Of a DNA stretch of 64,000 bases, positions 14,227 to 27,581 are shown in pieces (within the stretch, counting starts at the first letter, position 1; every line of letters starts with the position of its first letter). This DNA comes from Octopus vulgaris (lineage: Eukaryota). The position numbers and the translations under genes were made by a program. Location: contig OX597815.1 of assembly GCA_951406725.2 (NCBI GenBank), forward strand, positions 174,158,001-174,222,000. The letters run 5' to 3'. The notes under the pieces were generated by a model. The model saw nothing but the letters and a program-made list of their open reading frames with translations. It was not told where the DNA came from and made no database searches.

Positions 14227-14301
<75 letters not shown>

Positions 14302-14318
14302 CACACACACATACACAT
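14085..14318. repeat. Compound (CA)n/(TA)n/(TAGA)n microsatellite
   Basis: Direct reading. Confidence 0.95.
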
Positions 14319-14335
14319 ATCCAAATTGAGGGACA

Positions 14336-14533
14336 GAAACAGGTAAAATCCAGGCTACATGTTTCCTCTGATGTACTCAACAAGGGGTACTCAGCTACTC
14401 ATCCGCCTAAAGATACCTGAGTTATATGAAGGTTACGTTCTTGCTTGGAAATCCCTACCACTCGTTGAGTAATTATTACATCAGAGGATCTGCTAGGTAG
14501 GAAACATGTGTCACCTGGATTTTTACCTGTTCC
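14336..14533. repeat. Imperfect inverted repeat (MITE-like fold-back)
   Basis: aacaggtaaaatccagg/cctggatttttacctgtt, acatgtttcct/aggaaacatgt, cctctgatgta/tacatcagagg, actcaac/gttgagt. Confidence 0.7.
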
Positions 14534-14848
14534 ACTACATTCATTGCAACTCTAGTTACTGACCATGGGCTATACATAAAGTTTTTCATCTTATCAAACT
14601 TCAGTATAGGAAAAGCCTACAATCCTCAATGTCAATAAATTATTATTGTTCTTGAACATTGTTTTTTTTTATACCTGCTGTGGACTGCTTGAAGCTTACA
14701 AACTTCGTACACTTAGATCCTTGGATCTTACAATTACATATCAATATATACATACATGTGTGTGTGTGTGTGTGTATGTGTGTTAGTGTGTACTTATTTA
14801 TCTCTTTATTTAACTATTCATAAATTACAGTAGCTTCAAGATTTGCTC

Positions 14849-14892
<44 letters not shown>

Positions 14893-15447
14893 GGCGGTGC
14901 ATCAGCATGGCCGCAGCTCTGAGCTGAAACTAGAGAAAAAAAAATATAGATATATATATATATATTCAAATATTTTGTAAGTGCATTAGTGATATAAATG
15001 AAGTGATTGTTTCAATTCATATTTGAAACTTGGATGTACCTGTAACTCACTGAAAAGAATATTCAATATAATGTCAGAATCACCAGTAATCAGCAGCTTC
15101 TCAGTTATTTTAAATAACCAGTGATGACAATATGATTGGCATACATCGCTAGTCTTAATGGCATCAGTAGTAGATTGATTTCTATGTGAATGGTTCCATA
15201 ATCTTATGCATTTATTTCTCAATTTCTTGAACATTCTACCTCAAAAACTTTCAAATATTTTTCTTTCCATCTTTACCAGCTGGTAATAATAACTTTTGTC
15301 ATTTCTATTGTACATATAGGATACTATTGTCCTAGACATACTGAAGATAGGGAGTGGCAATGTAGCTGGAACATATCTGATAACAGATATGGTCAATGAG
15401 TGCTGACTTGGGACTAAACAACAGCACTCATTGTTATTGCTGATATT

Positions 15448-15880
15448 CTTTTCTACTCTGGGCACCTGGCCCAAAATTTGGGGAGAGGGGTCTAGTTGAT
15501 TAGATCGACCTCAGTACTCAACTGGTATTTAATTTATCGACCCCCCAAAAGGATGAAAGGTAAAGTCAACATTAGCAGAATTTGAACTCAGAACACAAAG
15601 ACAGACAAAATACCACTAAGCATTTCACCTGGCGTGCTAACGTTTCTTATTTCTTTATTGCCAACAAGGGGCTAAACATAGAGGGGACAAACAAGGACAG
15701 ACAAACAGATTAAGTCGATTATATCGACCCCAGTGCGTAGCTGGTACTTATTTAATCGACCCCAAAAGGATGAAAGGCAAAGTGGACCTCGGCGGAATTT
15801 GAACTCAGAACGTAATGGCAGACAAAATACCGATAAGCATTTCACCTGGCGTGCTAACATTTCTGCCAGCTCGCTGCCTT
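15448..15880 (-). mobile_element. Tandem dimer of a tRNA-derived SINE with TSD
   Basis: Two aaaggatgaaagg.aaagt...ggaatttgaactcagaac units; 18-bp TSD attgttattgctgatatt at 15430-15447 and 15881-15898. Confidence 0.85.
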
Positions 15881-16757
15881 ATTGTTATTGCTGATATTAC
15901 CGCTGCCTCCACCACTGCTACTGTCACCGCTGTTGCAGCCACCACTATCACCACCACCACCACCACCACCTTCATTACCATTATTATTATTATTATCATT
16001 GCCCTTAGCCATCTTATAATATCAGTTCTACATTTTTATTTTTAACGCGTGAATTTGGACTCTGGGCAGTATTTCAGTTTTCCTCCTTACATTCTGACTT
16101 TTATTACACATAAGAGAAGCACCTTATGTTGCCTCTGTTGGTGCATTTAATACTTTCCAGCCATACTGAGATCAGGTTATTATTGCTAAAAGGATTGTTT
16201 ATCTAACCAATGTCCAAATAAATTGAATCGGAAATTAATTTAATTGTTAGAAACACAGCATTAATAGAGAGGATTTAATACAGAAGTAAGAATTTAATAC
16301 TGAATCAGATAAATGTTTACATTACAAGGTTCTTTTTTTTTTTTGGCCTTTCTCTTTAATGGTTTGATTCTCATTTTATATTTACTCCATGGTAAGTTCT
16401 TAGCAATGCCAGTGCCAACTAAGTTGTATTACAGAATTTAAGCTCAATGATGCATTCTGACAAGGAATGCGCACATTTGTAATTTTGCATTATACGTAAT
16501 AGAATTTGCTTCTGTGATGAATATCTACTGCAAAGTTGAGGTTTGTATATAATTATCATTTGAAAATACATACAACATAAACAGCTTCTCCTATCTTGAC
16601 TAGACAATGAATGCCAGAATGTATGGCTCAGTTACAAATTAAACTAACAGTCAGCTAAAATTAACTTTCAGCTTTTAGTTAAAAGATCATATTTGAATTT
16701 CTGCTATTCTTTTCTCTTTTGATGAATCATTTTCATCCAAAAATTAACTATATAAAA

Positions 16758-16825
<68 letters not shown>

Positions 16826-17040
16826 AACATCTTAACAAGATTATATGAATACAGATGTTAGAAAATTTCATCACAGGAAAGTAAATTTATGGAACGGTTT
16901 TACCATAATATACATAATGAATACATTGCAAAATAAAATCAAGGTTAAAAAAAAATGGCAAATTAATTTCACTAATCAATTTATATTCATTTTCATACTG
17001 CTATATATATATATATATATGTGGCACATAAAAACACCAT

Positions 17041-17670
17041 CGACCCGGCAAGACTAGTCAGGCCATAACCCGTGGCCCCTACCTGGGACGTAGTCAGTCC
17101 ACCTGTGCATACCTTCCTTCCTTCCTTCTTGTGACACTTGTGAAGACCTGTTGAGGCAAGTGAAAATCAAAACAAATCAAAATAGATGAACATCAATGGA
17201 ATTTGTATCTTTGTGGGTACCAGTGCCGGTGGCACACAAGAAGACCATCCGAACGTGGCCGTAGCCAGTACCGCATCGACTGGCCTCCGTGCTGTGGGCA
17301 CGTAACAAACACCATCTGATCGTGGCCGTTCGCCAGCCTCATCTGGCACCTGTGTCGGTGGCACATAAAAACACCATCCGAGCGTGGCCGTCTGCCAGCC
17401 TCATCTGGCACCTGTGTCGGTGGCACATAAAAAACACCATCCGAGCATGGCCGTTCGCCAGCCTCGTCTGGCACCTGTGTCGGTGGCACATAAAATCACC
17501 CACTACACTCTCGGAGTGGTTGGCGTTAGGAAGGGCATCCAGCTGTAGAAACACTGCCAGATCTGACTGGCCTGGTGCAGCCTTCGGGCTCCCCAGACCC
17601 CAGTTGAACCGTCCAACCCATGCTAGCATGGAAAGCGGACGTTAAATGATGATGATGATGATGATGATGA
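17041..17670 (+). mobile_element. RTE 3' end (last ORF codons TRQD*, 3' UTR with 62-bp repeats, (GAT)n tail)
   Basis: acccggcaagactag parallels KTRQDK* at ~42976-42996; ends catgctagcatggaaagcggacgttaaatgatgat. Confidence 0.88.
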
Positions 17671-17758
17671 TATCTTAGAGAGTTTTGCAAGATCTACTTA
17701 AAACTTTTTCTTATAAACCTTAGTTTTTTTTTTGTTTTTTGTAGATTAGATCATCATG

Positions 17759-17794
<36 letters not shown>

Positions 17795-18239
17795 GCAGAC
17801 TTATGGAGTTACGTTGAACAGCTGCTGTCATATTTAACTGGGGAGGGAAGGCAGTTTTCCACTGTACAAGTATAGTAGCTGACAAAAGAAGTCAGATGGT
17901 GAACAATACTGAAAGGCTGGAGAACACACTTTCCTCAAGCAAGTTTATTGAAAGGTGGATGAAAGTAGCAAAAATAGCAAGAGTGGATGGAACTGGTCTG
18001 AAAATACACTTGTAGGAGAATGACAGTTGGAGAGGATGCTTACTCTTTGTTTTCATAGTGATCTTGAATCTGTAGAGTTCTTCAATTGGTTCTCGATGTC
18101 ATCATTATCGTCTTTCATTCAAACTAATGTAGCTTCGTGCAGAACTGTTCTATGTACACCACAAAAAAATCTTAGAAAACACATCCTTGATATCACCAAC
18201 CCATCCATTTCTTTATCCATTTCACAATACTTACCCAAA

Positions 18240-18452
18240 TATTGGTTTCAAATTTTGGCACAAGGCCAGCAATTTCAAGGGAGGGGCTAAGTTGATTACA
18301 TTGATACTAGAGTTCAACTGGTACTTTATTATATTTATTCTGAGAGGATGAAAGGCAAAGTCGACCTCAGCAGAATTTGAATTCATAACATAGAGATGGA
18401 CGAAGTGCTGCTAACCATTTTCCTGTTTGCCAGCAGTTCTGCCAGCTCACCG
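18240..18452 (-). mobile_element. tRNA-derived SINE (family of 15448)
   Basis: tttggcacaaggccagcaattt...aaggcaaagtcgacctcagcagaatttga...tgccagctcacc. Confidence 0.8.
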
Positions 18453-18849
18453 TTTTGTACTTTCTCAAATATTGACATGCAGTAAATGCTTATATCTTTT
18501 CAGTAAACCAGTTTGTATAACTGTATACCAGAGTGACTCTTTCCATCATCATTGAATTAACACAAGAGCAATCATGGGAGCATCAATATTATTGGCTCAA
18601 CTAAATAATAGACCAAGCAAACATCTTCATATTATGAGAATATAGTTACGTATTCTGTTAATTCACAAGAAATTTTTCAAACAGATTCAGCTTAGTTTAA
18701 TTATCTTCTTGTGCAGAAGAACAATGGACTGGCAGAATCATTAGAGGTTTGAACAAAACATGTTGTAACAGTCTTTAAACATTCTAAGTTCGAATTCCTT
18801 TAGCATCAACTTCTGTGTCTTTTCAAGGCCTTTAAGATCAATAATTAGA

Positions 18850-19062
18850 TATTGGTTTCAAATTTGGCACAAGACCAGCAATTTTGGTGGAGTGGAGTAA
18901 GTTGATTACATTGACCCCAGTATTCAACTGGTTCTTGTTTTATTGACCCCAGAAGGATGAAAAGCAAAACTGACCTTAGCAGAATTTGAACTCGGAACAT
19001 AGAGACAAATAAAATGCTAAGCATTTTGCCCAGCATGTTAATGATTCTGCCAGCTTGCCACC
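18850..19062 (-). mobile_element. tRNA-derived SINE (family of 15448)
   Basis: Collinear with 18240-18452. Confidence 0.8.
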
Positions 19063-20602
19063 TAATCAAATATTGATATCAGTTCAGTTGACTATACACT
19101 TCCCCAAAATTTGAGGTCTTGTGCCTATATTAGAAATCAATATTATAAGGAGATTATAAAGTGGTGAGAGTAGTTCATTAGCACAATTGAGAGAGCATGG
19201 AACAAAACATCTTGTGGTTTTGACTGTTTCTTTACATTAAGAATTCAAATACCATTGAGGTCAACTTTGGCTTTCATGCTTTGGAATCAATAAAGTATCA
19301 GTGTCAAGTACTGGGGTCAATTTTATCGACTATACTCTTGCCTATAATTTGTGACCCTATACAAATGTCAGAAATGAATATTAACTAATAAAAGTAATTT
19401 CATAAAGATGAGTATCTCAGTTCAATGTTTTTTTTTCTTTTCACACTATTTATGTTTAGACTCAAATAAAATTTAAAGCAAAAAAGAGAAGCCTCACTAG
19501 AATTCCAATCAGTCGAAAATTTCATTTTTTGTATTGAATTTATGATTCAAGTTTAAATTTATTTCCATTTTCAAAATTTTTTCTATTTAATTATATTTTT
19601 TTATTTTGGTTTATGAAATCATCTCATCTTTATCAGTTTGAAATTCCAAACCAAAAGAAAAAAAAAGAAATTCCAGTTCTCCAGAAAACTCGATTTTTAA
19701 CTCAAAATAACTATTAAAATGGTTTATATAAGAAAATCTTCGGTCTTTTACTGACATGCTCTCTATCTTTACAAAATAGTGAACCAACCATGAAAAAAAA
19801 TATTATGATCACTGAATGCTAGAAACATACACTATATAGGATGCAAATCTAGTTACCTGAAGTGTTGCAACTAGGGGAAATAATCAAGTTAATGAAACAA
19901 CTACAAATGATTACTAAACCTGATAGGAACCGTAGCCAAATGTGTTTCAAATCAAATCCTACCACTTTGAACAAGGAGAGACACAATAGATATTATAACC
20001 CTTGATATACAATGCCCAAGAGATTGTTGTTCAGTCCTTTTGGATATTGTGAGAAGTCATAACCGGAAAGCCTTTGAAAGTCTACAGATCTGCAGGTAAA
20101 CATCGTATAGGATGGATCAAAGCATGGAGAAACAAATGTGAATATATAAGTGCTGACAAGAAGACACGATACAACAGGGAAAGTAGAAAATATTCTCAAG
20201 ACAATGCCTTCTGAGTTGCAATTTGTTTTGGTGATGACTATTATTGGTAAGCTAAGTATGAAGGTGATAATTTAGAAGAAATATATCAATGTGAAAGAGG
20301 TAATGTATTCTGTTGACGTTAGGTAAAAACTGAAATTTTGTTGTCAGGATTAGTGAACTACCAATATATCATAACAACCAATATTGTACATTGAAACATG
20401 CAAAATGTATTTTACAGCAAAATAACTAAAATCAAACAAAAGTCATGTGAGCAATTTTTAATTAAAGTTTTGAGGCAATTACAATTATCACTTGATAATT
20501 TTAATTACTTCTTTCTTGAAAAATGCAAGTATGTATGTTTATGTGCCTGTATGTATATGTGATATTTCCATGAGCACAAACATTTGTGTGTGTGTGCATG
20601 TG

Positions 20603-20636
<34 letters not shown>

Positions 20637-20807
20637 AGAGTCTTTGTATGTATGATAGCAAGGAATTTGATCGAATATTTTGTCAAAGCTATCAACGACA
20701 TTTGAATAATAAAATATGTATACCAGTATGTGTATGTTTAAGACTCTTTTCTACTTAGACAGATACAGGCAAATACACATGCATATGCACACACACATGC
20801 ACACACA

Positions 20808-20864
<57 letters not shown>

Positions 20865-21588
20865 ACACATCTTTATACATAAACGTGAGTTTTCTATGTG
20901 TATGTCCACCTTGTGATTAGAAACTTCAAAACAACACCCACAACACTGTTTATTATTTGCCAGCTTGCTGAGAAGTCCATATATTCTGAGAAGTAGCTGC
21001 CAGATCTCCCTTAAACCACACTCTACCGCCTGTCAAGAAAGGAAATGAAGAGTAATCTAAAGTTGAAATAGAGTAATATTGGAAAGATGTAGAAACAAAG
21101 AAAGCTAGACATGGGTGGTGGTGTCAGTAAAAGAAAGATTAAAAATTTTATTAGGGTGGTATTAGTGCTTTCTTCCTCCTAACATCTCTCTTTAATATCT
21201 CTTTCTCTCTCTCTCTTTCTCTCTTTCTTTCTTTCTTTCTGGAAAAGTAGAAGAAATATAGAGAGTGAGAGATGCACACGAAGAAAGAAATCTTGATAGA
21301 GGGAGAGAAAGAGAGTAACAGCAATGAAAGTGGTGGTACAGTTGTATGACATTAAACTCTGTTTTACTTCTTTTGGCCTTTAATCTTTCTTTCTTTGGAT
21401 AAGTGCAAGTGGAATAGAGACTTAAAAGAAAGCATACATACAAAGAGAGAGACATAGAATGATGGAAATAGAGAGAGAGAGAGCGGAGAGGAGAGTTTAT
21501 GACAACTTATTGACAAAAACTCTTTGTTTCAAAACCTTCTTGAGTGTGTTGTAAATCAAAATTTACTAGCTTGAATAATGCTGAATAT

Positions 21589-21785
21589 GTTGATTACAAA
21601 TTTTGGCAGACAGCCAGCAATTTGGGGGGATGGCGTAAGTCAATTACATCGACCCTAGCATTCAACTGCCTCTTATTTCATTAACCCTGAAAAGATGAAA
21701 GCAAAGTCGGCCTCAGTGGAATTTGAACTCAGAACTCTTAAGCATTTTGCCAGGCATGCTAATGATTCTGTCAACTCATCACCTT
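21589..21785 (-). mobile_element. tRNA-derived SINE with TSD
   Basis: Same family; TSD aataatg(c/t)tgaatat at 21574-21588 and 21786-21800. Confidence 0.8.
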
Positions 21786-22019
21786 AATAATGTTGAATAT
21801 TTTAGACATGTCTTGATATAAAAAAAAGGGTGGGGAGTGGTCACAGTTGGAAGGCCTTTTAACTGTAGTTTACTTGATAAAGGCTAGTTGGGGACTGAAC
21901 GGCAATAATAATATCAACAACAATGAAACCAGTGTTAAACAAAAGGCCATTCAGTGTCATTCATTTCCAGTACTCCTTTTAACTATGTTTGGGCTATTCA
22001 TTGTTTGATAGACTGGAGC

Positions 22020-22380
22020 AGATGTACACCATTGCATTAGCAAAAATACCCAACATTATCTAACAGCAAGCAAGCTCTTCTCCAGCAAAGATAATGCAAG
22101 ACTTCATACCACTCGGACAACCTGGAATAAATTCCAGAAACTTGAGGGAATCAGCCCGATGCCACACCCAGCATATAATCCAGACCTAGTTCCCTCAGGT
22201 TATTGTTCCAATCCATGGCTCACTTCCTACACTTATTCTGCTTCATCAGCTAAAAGGAGGTGGAAGCTTCAGTGAAGTTCTTCACCTAGAAGAACATGAA
22301 CAGGTCTCAGCATGGGCTCTAAGAACTGGTAGAAAAGCGGCTTCAAATGGTGCAACACAATGGCCTCTAGTTTGAATGCA
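22020..22380 (+). pseudogene. Mariner transposase C-terminal remnant
   Basis: Hand translation DNARLHTTRTTWNKFQKLEGISPMPHPAYNPDLVPSGY matches the mariner HDNARPH...LPHP.YSPDLAPSDY motifs. Confidence 0.85.
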
Positions 22381-23195
22381 AAGTAGCTTTTATTGTAACT
22401 TGATGAATAAAGCAAAGATATGGAAATATTGCAAAACATTTGACTTGACACAATAATTCTCCGAAGAGGTTTCATAAGTCAGAAAAATGTACAATAGAGC
22501 ATATGTTATTTATATATAGTGTATTACAAAATTAGCTCCAGAAACAGCCAAAATTATCAGATAGTTTCTTAAATAATTAACCTTTCCTACAATGAAAGAA
22601 CAAACGGATATGACCAAATGAAAGTGTAAAGCTTAGGATCTTTTGCTCTGGAGGTTCAAATGGAAAAGTCATAGCACCTTTGGTTGAGGAAAAAATACCC
22701 CTAAAATAATTCAAAATACACACCCCACTAAAAGTATAAAAAAATGCAGGGCAATATGTTAAGTTTGTTCAAGACCTACCTTTACAAATTTTCTTTTCTT
22801 TTTTTTTTTCTTTTTGCTGTAACTATAAACTCTGTAATTAGTCATTTGGATGTACAAAAGAGCTCAAGCTATACATTTCTGAGTGATGTTTAATGAGTAT
22901 TTAATTATTTTTTCATTATAAGGACGATTAATTATTTACAAAACCAGCAGGTAACATATATGGAGTTAACTTTTTGAAACTGTATATATAATGTGTGTGG
23001 TGGGGTGTATATGTGTCCGCACGTGTTTGCTTGTGTGTGCACAAGCATGTGCGAGTGTGCATGTGTGTGTGTGTGTGTACTTGTGTGTGTGTGTGTTATG
23101 TGCAAGCATGTATGTGAGTGTGTGTATGTGTATGTGCCTGTCTGCATGTGTGTGAGCATGTGTATGTGTGTATGTGTGCATGCATGTGTGTGTGC

Positions 23196-23245
<50 letters not shown>

Positions 23246-23829
23246 ATGTGTGTGTGTATTAGCAGAACACTCAGCAGTGTCCAGATTGCAAAATAGCTAT
23301 TAATTGTATTAATTGTTTGTAATGAAGGCATATTCGGCTTAATACTACCGTAATTCCTTTGAAAAGTTAACATTCACATAAAAAATTAGATTATAAACAG
23401 GTAACTTTATAGCAGCCCAGAATCTAATGCCCTGTGTTAAAGTTACACACACTCTGTGTTACTGATATACTTCATAATTTAATAATGTAAATGACATATA
23501 CTTAATTTAAACAAATTGGGCAGGAACACAGGATTAAGTAAATGTGAAAATATTTACTTCACTTTTTTTATTCTTGATGTTCTTTAATTCTTAAGAGAAT
23601 AAGGAAAATGATCAGACACAAAAGTATCTGGATATAAGCTACAGATGTGAATATCATTCTATTAGAGTGTCTAGAGGAGACCCACACATCCAAAAATTAG
23701 ACCTGTAATACTTGCAGTAATGCAGGAATTATATCAAGAGTTACAATGTGTCTCAGCTTATATGATTTCAAATCATATAACCAGTGCTGTATTAAAGCAG
23801 AGGCACACTGAGAAGTTGCCTGGGTTGTA

Positions 23830-24558
23830 TGGGAGGTTCCCATGGATCTAGAGACTCCACCCTTGCCAATTTATGTTGTTCATTCTACTCTTCATTCTTT
23901 CGTTTCCCCTCTCTCACATTTCCTGGATTTCTCTTCATGCTCACTTTCCCTCTTTCACTTCACTGTGTCTCTTTCATTTTTCTCTTGCCCCTCCTTAATT
24001 CTCCTATCCGTCTGCCTCTACCTCTCTTTCTTCTCTCCCCACTTGACCGGTGTTCAGCCAGGGCTGATCTTTCTTTCTTGGTTGGACTACTGTCCGTGCA
24101 ACATCTATATTCCTTCCTGTGCTTGTTAAATCTTATGTCCCTGCTTTAAGGCTTTACTTCCACACACACAAGCTTAATTTAATTCGCCCTTAGTCGAAAG
24201 ACACCTGTTGTTATGTCCTGTTATTTGTATTTGTGTAACATTTCTGTTTCTTTCCTGTCCTTGTTTTTGTATATATTCGCTGCTTTCTTCCAAGGAATGT
24301 AATACTCTTAGCTTATTTTTCCTTGGAGCTGGCCAGATTGGAGCAAAATCGAGTATAACCAGCCAAAATTGCAAAGATAATCTGGAACTCGACTGAGGAT
24401 ATGATCCGTCCTTGTTTTCTTTGTATCGTCTGTCTGGATATTTTGTTTTCCCTTTTTTCGTTTCACCTAACTGTCTGGATGTTTTGCATTCTTGTTTCAA
24501 TTTTGTATCTTTTATATATAAAATATAGCGGCGTACGCACACTTTGGTCTCTTATATG

Positions 24559-24560
<2 letters not shown>
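23830..24560 (+). mobile_element. Diverged relative of the 9341-10173 element, ending in (TA)n
   Basis: Same order of parts: pyrimidine tract, tgaccg motif, gtcgaaagac (24193-24202), structured block gctttcttcca..ccagcc..atctgg..gactga.ga, T-rich 3' end. Confidence 0.65.
24271..24399 (+). ncRNA. Second, core-mutated copy of the permuted hammerhead-like RNA
   Basis: gctgg/ccagc, ccagattg/taatctgg, gcaa/ttgc, tcgagt/actcga followed by CTGAGGA; GAAA reads AAAA and U16.1 reads A. Confidence 0.5.
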
Positions 24561-24600
<40 letters not shown>

Positions 24601-24601
<1 letters not shown>

Positions 24602-24964
24602 CATGATCGTTACCAGCGTTGCCTTACTGGTACTTGTGCCAGTGGCACATGAAAAAACATTCGAGCGAGGTCGTTGCCAGTGCCACTGAACTGGCTCCGG
24701 TGCAGGTGGCACTTAAAAAACACCATTTGAGCATGGCTGTTGCCAGTACCACCTGACTGGCCCTCGTGCTGGTGGCATGTAAAAGCATCCACTACATTCT
24801 CAGAGTGGTTGGCGTTAGGAAGGGCATCCAGCTGTAGAAACTCTGCCAGATCATATTGGAGCCTGGTGTAGCCATCTGGTTCGCCAGTCCTCAGTCAAAT
24901 CATCCAACCCATGCTCGCATGGGAAGTGGACGTTAAACGATGATGAGGATGATGATGATGATGA
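24601..24964 (+). mobile_element. RTE-family 3' end with (GAT)n tail
   Basis: agtggttggcgttaggaagggcatccagctgtagaaa...ggacgttaaacgatgatg. Confidence 0.85.
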
Positions 24965-25527
24965 TATATAGCTGTCCTTTGGTTTACACAATAGATTGCT
25001 TGCAAAAGCAAGTGTACAAATCGAAATTAAATAAATGAAGGAAGACACATTTTGCATGATTTTATTGATAATAAAGAAACAAACAAAATTTAAACCATTT
25101 TTAATTGAAATTAGCATAAAGAATGTAGTTATCATGCATCAGTAACTAGGTTACAGCTGTGCAACAAAAATGTTGGCACCTCATGAAATTAATTTATTGT
25201 GAATTTAAAAGCTTTGAGTGCTATTAAAGGGTTACAATAGTTGCTTACTGATGTAATTGTTATATATGTGTGTGTATATGCATCTATGAGTACGTGTAAT
25301 TGAATGCATGTTGAAATGTGTGCATATACTTGTGTCCATGTTTATATTTACATATAGCCCAAATAATTTAGTAATGGCTGCATGAAACATGACCTAGTGC
25401 ATAGCAACATAGTAATGCTATCATTTGGTCTTTACATACTTTGAATTTGTTAACCAGTTTTTTTTTCCTTATACAAAAGTTATCTTTGGCATTTTCTTCC
25501 AAAATAGATCAATTTTAACAGCACTAA

Positions 25528-26130
25528 ATATTGGTGACAGAAGCAGTATTAGTACCAAATAGCAATCTTTATATCATGCCTAACATGGATGTACTATAAG
25601 AACACCATAATACCAAAGTATTCCTCTTGAGAGAGCATCTCACATAGTCCTTAATGCTTAAAAGAACAAAAATTTCAGTGGCAGACAAAGATTCCAGCAT
25701 CAATGATGGAACTGCTAGATCACATGATTTCTGCATGTTTGTGCTTCATCAGTAGTAGGAATCTACTATCACCATATGCTGGCCAAACTTCTCTTCCACT
25801 GATATATAGAAAAACAGTGACAAATTAGGTACTGGTGTTGCAAATAGTAAGCAGTCTTGGTAAAATTTAGATATTAGTGATGGAAGCAGTATTAGTACTG
25901 AATAGTAATCCTTATGTCATATTTAACATGAATGTATTGTAAGAATGCTATAATACAGTAGTATTCATCTTGAGAGAGCACTTCGTATAGATGTTTAGTG
26001 CTTAAAAGCACTGGAATATCAGCAGTAGATGAAAGCGTCAATAAAATATGTTCTTTCAAGATAAATATTGCAGTATTGCAGTGTTCTTACAATACATTCA
26101 CATTAAATAGGACCTAAAGATTGCTATTCA
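25528..26130. repeat. Diverged ~165-bp direct repeat plus ~80-bp inverted copy
   Basis: 25528-25690 ~ 25871-26035; 26049-26130 is the reverse complement of 25899-25980. Confidence 0.75.
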
Positions 26131-27133
26131 CCAAATAATTATTTCAAAGAATAGGAATTTTCTTCGGTTATTTTAGCTAATTGAGACACAAATTTTTCAG
26201 CAGTTTTCTAACTGCTTGATTCACTTTTGATATATAATTTTATACATAGAAAACTTGCATCAAAAAATTATTCCTTAAAGTCTGAAGTTATTCCTTATAG
26301 TCTGGAAATGCAAATTGTAGTTGATAAGATGGCTTGATTGGTAATGTTGATTTGATTAAAAATTCTTACTATTTTTTGTGACATCACAAAGATTTCAGTG
26401 GGTAATCTTTGGGTATTTATTTTCTATCCAAAATAATAGCTTTTTCATTGTTTCTATAATTCATAATGCTACTATGTACATATAATATATATTTTGAACT
26501 TATTGAAGAACTTGCAATAAATTTTGTGAACTCTAATTTTTTTATTCATTTCTTTTAATTGTTCTTACAGCTGTTTCATTTATACTAAACTATTTCAGAG
26601 TTTCTGATGAAACTTTTCCATTTCAAACTTGATTAATATTACAATTTTCATTTCTTGAGAAGTAAACTTTCTTATCAATTTTTTGGGCTAGACATTCGAA
26701 CCGCTTTTATTCAATCGCAAAAAATATTTCACAAAATATAAAAAAATAAATCCAACTGAAGTACTAATTTAACATGTTGGTCTAACTCACTATTGCTGAA
26801 ATGTACTGAGTTAAATAAAAGGAATAATAAAAACCAAAAACAGAACTGATGAAATGATGAAAAGTCATTTCTAAATGATATGTGCAACAAGAAAACCTGA
26901 ACAAAGCCAACACAGTGCCATTTTAGCATGTGATCTACATGGCCATTTACACTTTTGCATGCATTCTAGCACTAACCTTAATCAAGTTATTTTACAACGT
27001 ACTGCAGTACACTGCATGCTAAAGCAACACCACCAAAACTATACTAACAGGAAACTATTCAGACTGAATACCACTTAAACCAAGAAACAACTATGCATAC
27101 ATATATGTGTGTGCATTAGAAATCCTATACTTT

Positions 27134-27581
27134 GGCCGCAAGTTGGCAGAGACATTAGCACGCCGGGCAAAATGCTTAGCGGTATTTCATTTGCCATTAT
27201 GTTCTGAGTTCAAATTCCACCAAGGTCGACTTTGCCTTTCATCCCTTCGGGGTCGATATATGAAGTACCAGTTATGCACCTGGGTCGATGTAATCGACTT
27301 AATCCCTTTGTCTGTCCTTGTTTGTCCCCTCTATGTTTAGCCCCTTGTGGGCAATAAAGAAATAAGAAACGTTAGCACACCAGGCGAGATGCTTAGTGGT
27401 ATTTTGTCTGCCGTTACATTCTGAGTTCAAATTCTGTCGAGGTCGACTTTGCCTTTCATTCTTTCAGGGTTGATTAAATAAGTACCAGTTATGCACTGAA
27501 GTCGATATAATCGACTTAGTCTGTTTGTCTTTCCTTGTTTGTCCCCTCTGTGTGTAGCCCCTTGTGGGCAGTAAAGAAATA
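27134..27581 (+). mobile_element. Tandem SINE dimer with TSD
   Basis: Two ttctgagttcaaattc...gtcgactttgcctttcat units; TSD agaaatcc(t/c)atactttggc at 27118-27136 and 27582-27600. Confidence 0.88.

Noticed and set aside
17052-17110. GC-rich ggcca/tggcc hairpin as an HDV-like ribozyme
   Set aside because: Nested double-pseudoknot elements could not be assigned.
20035-20095. Possible plus-strand exon LLDIVRSHNRKAFESLQIC with ag/gt ends
   Set aside because: Weak acceptor, no homology recognised; expected by chance.
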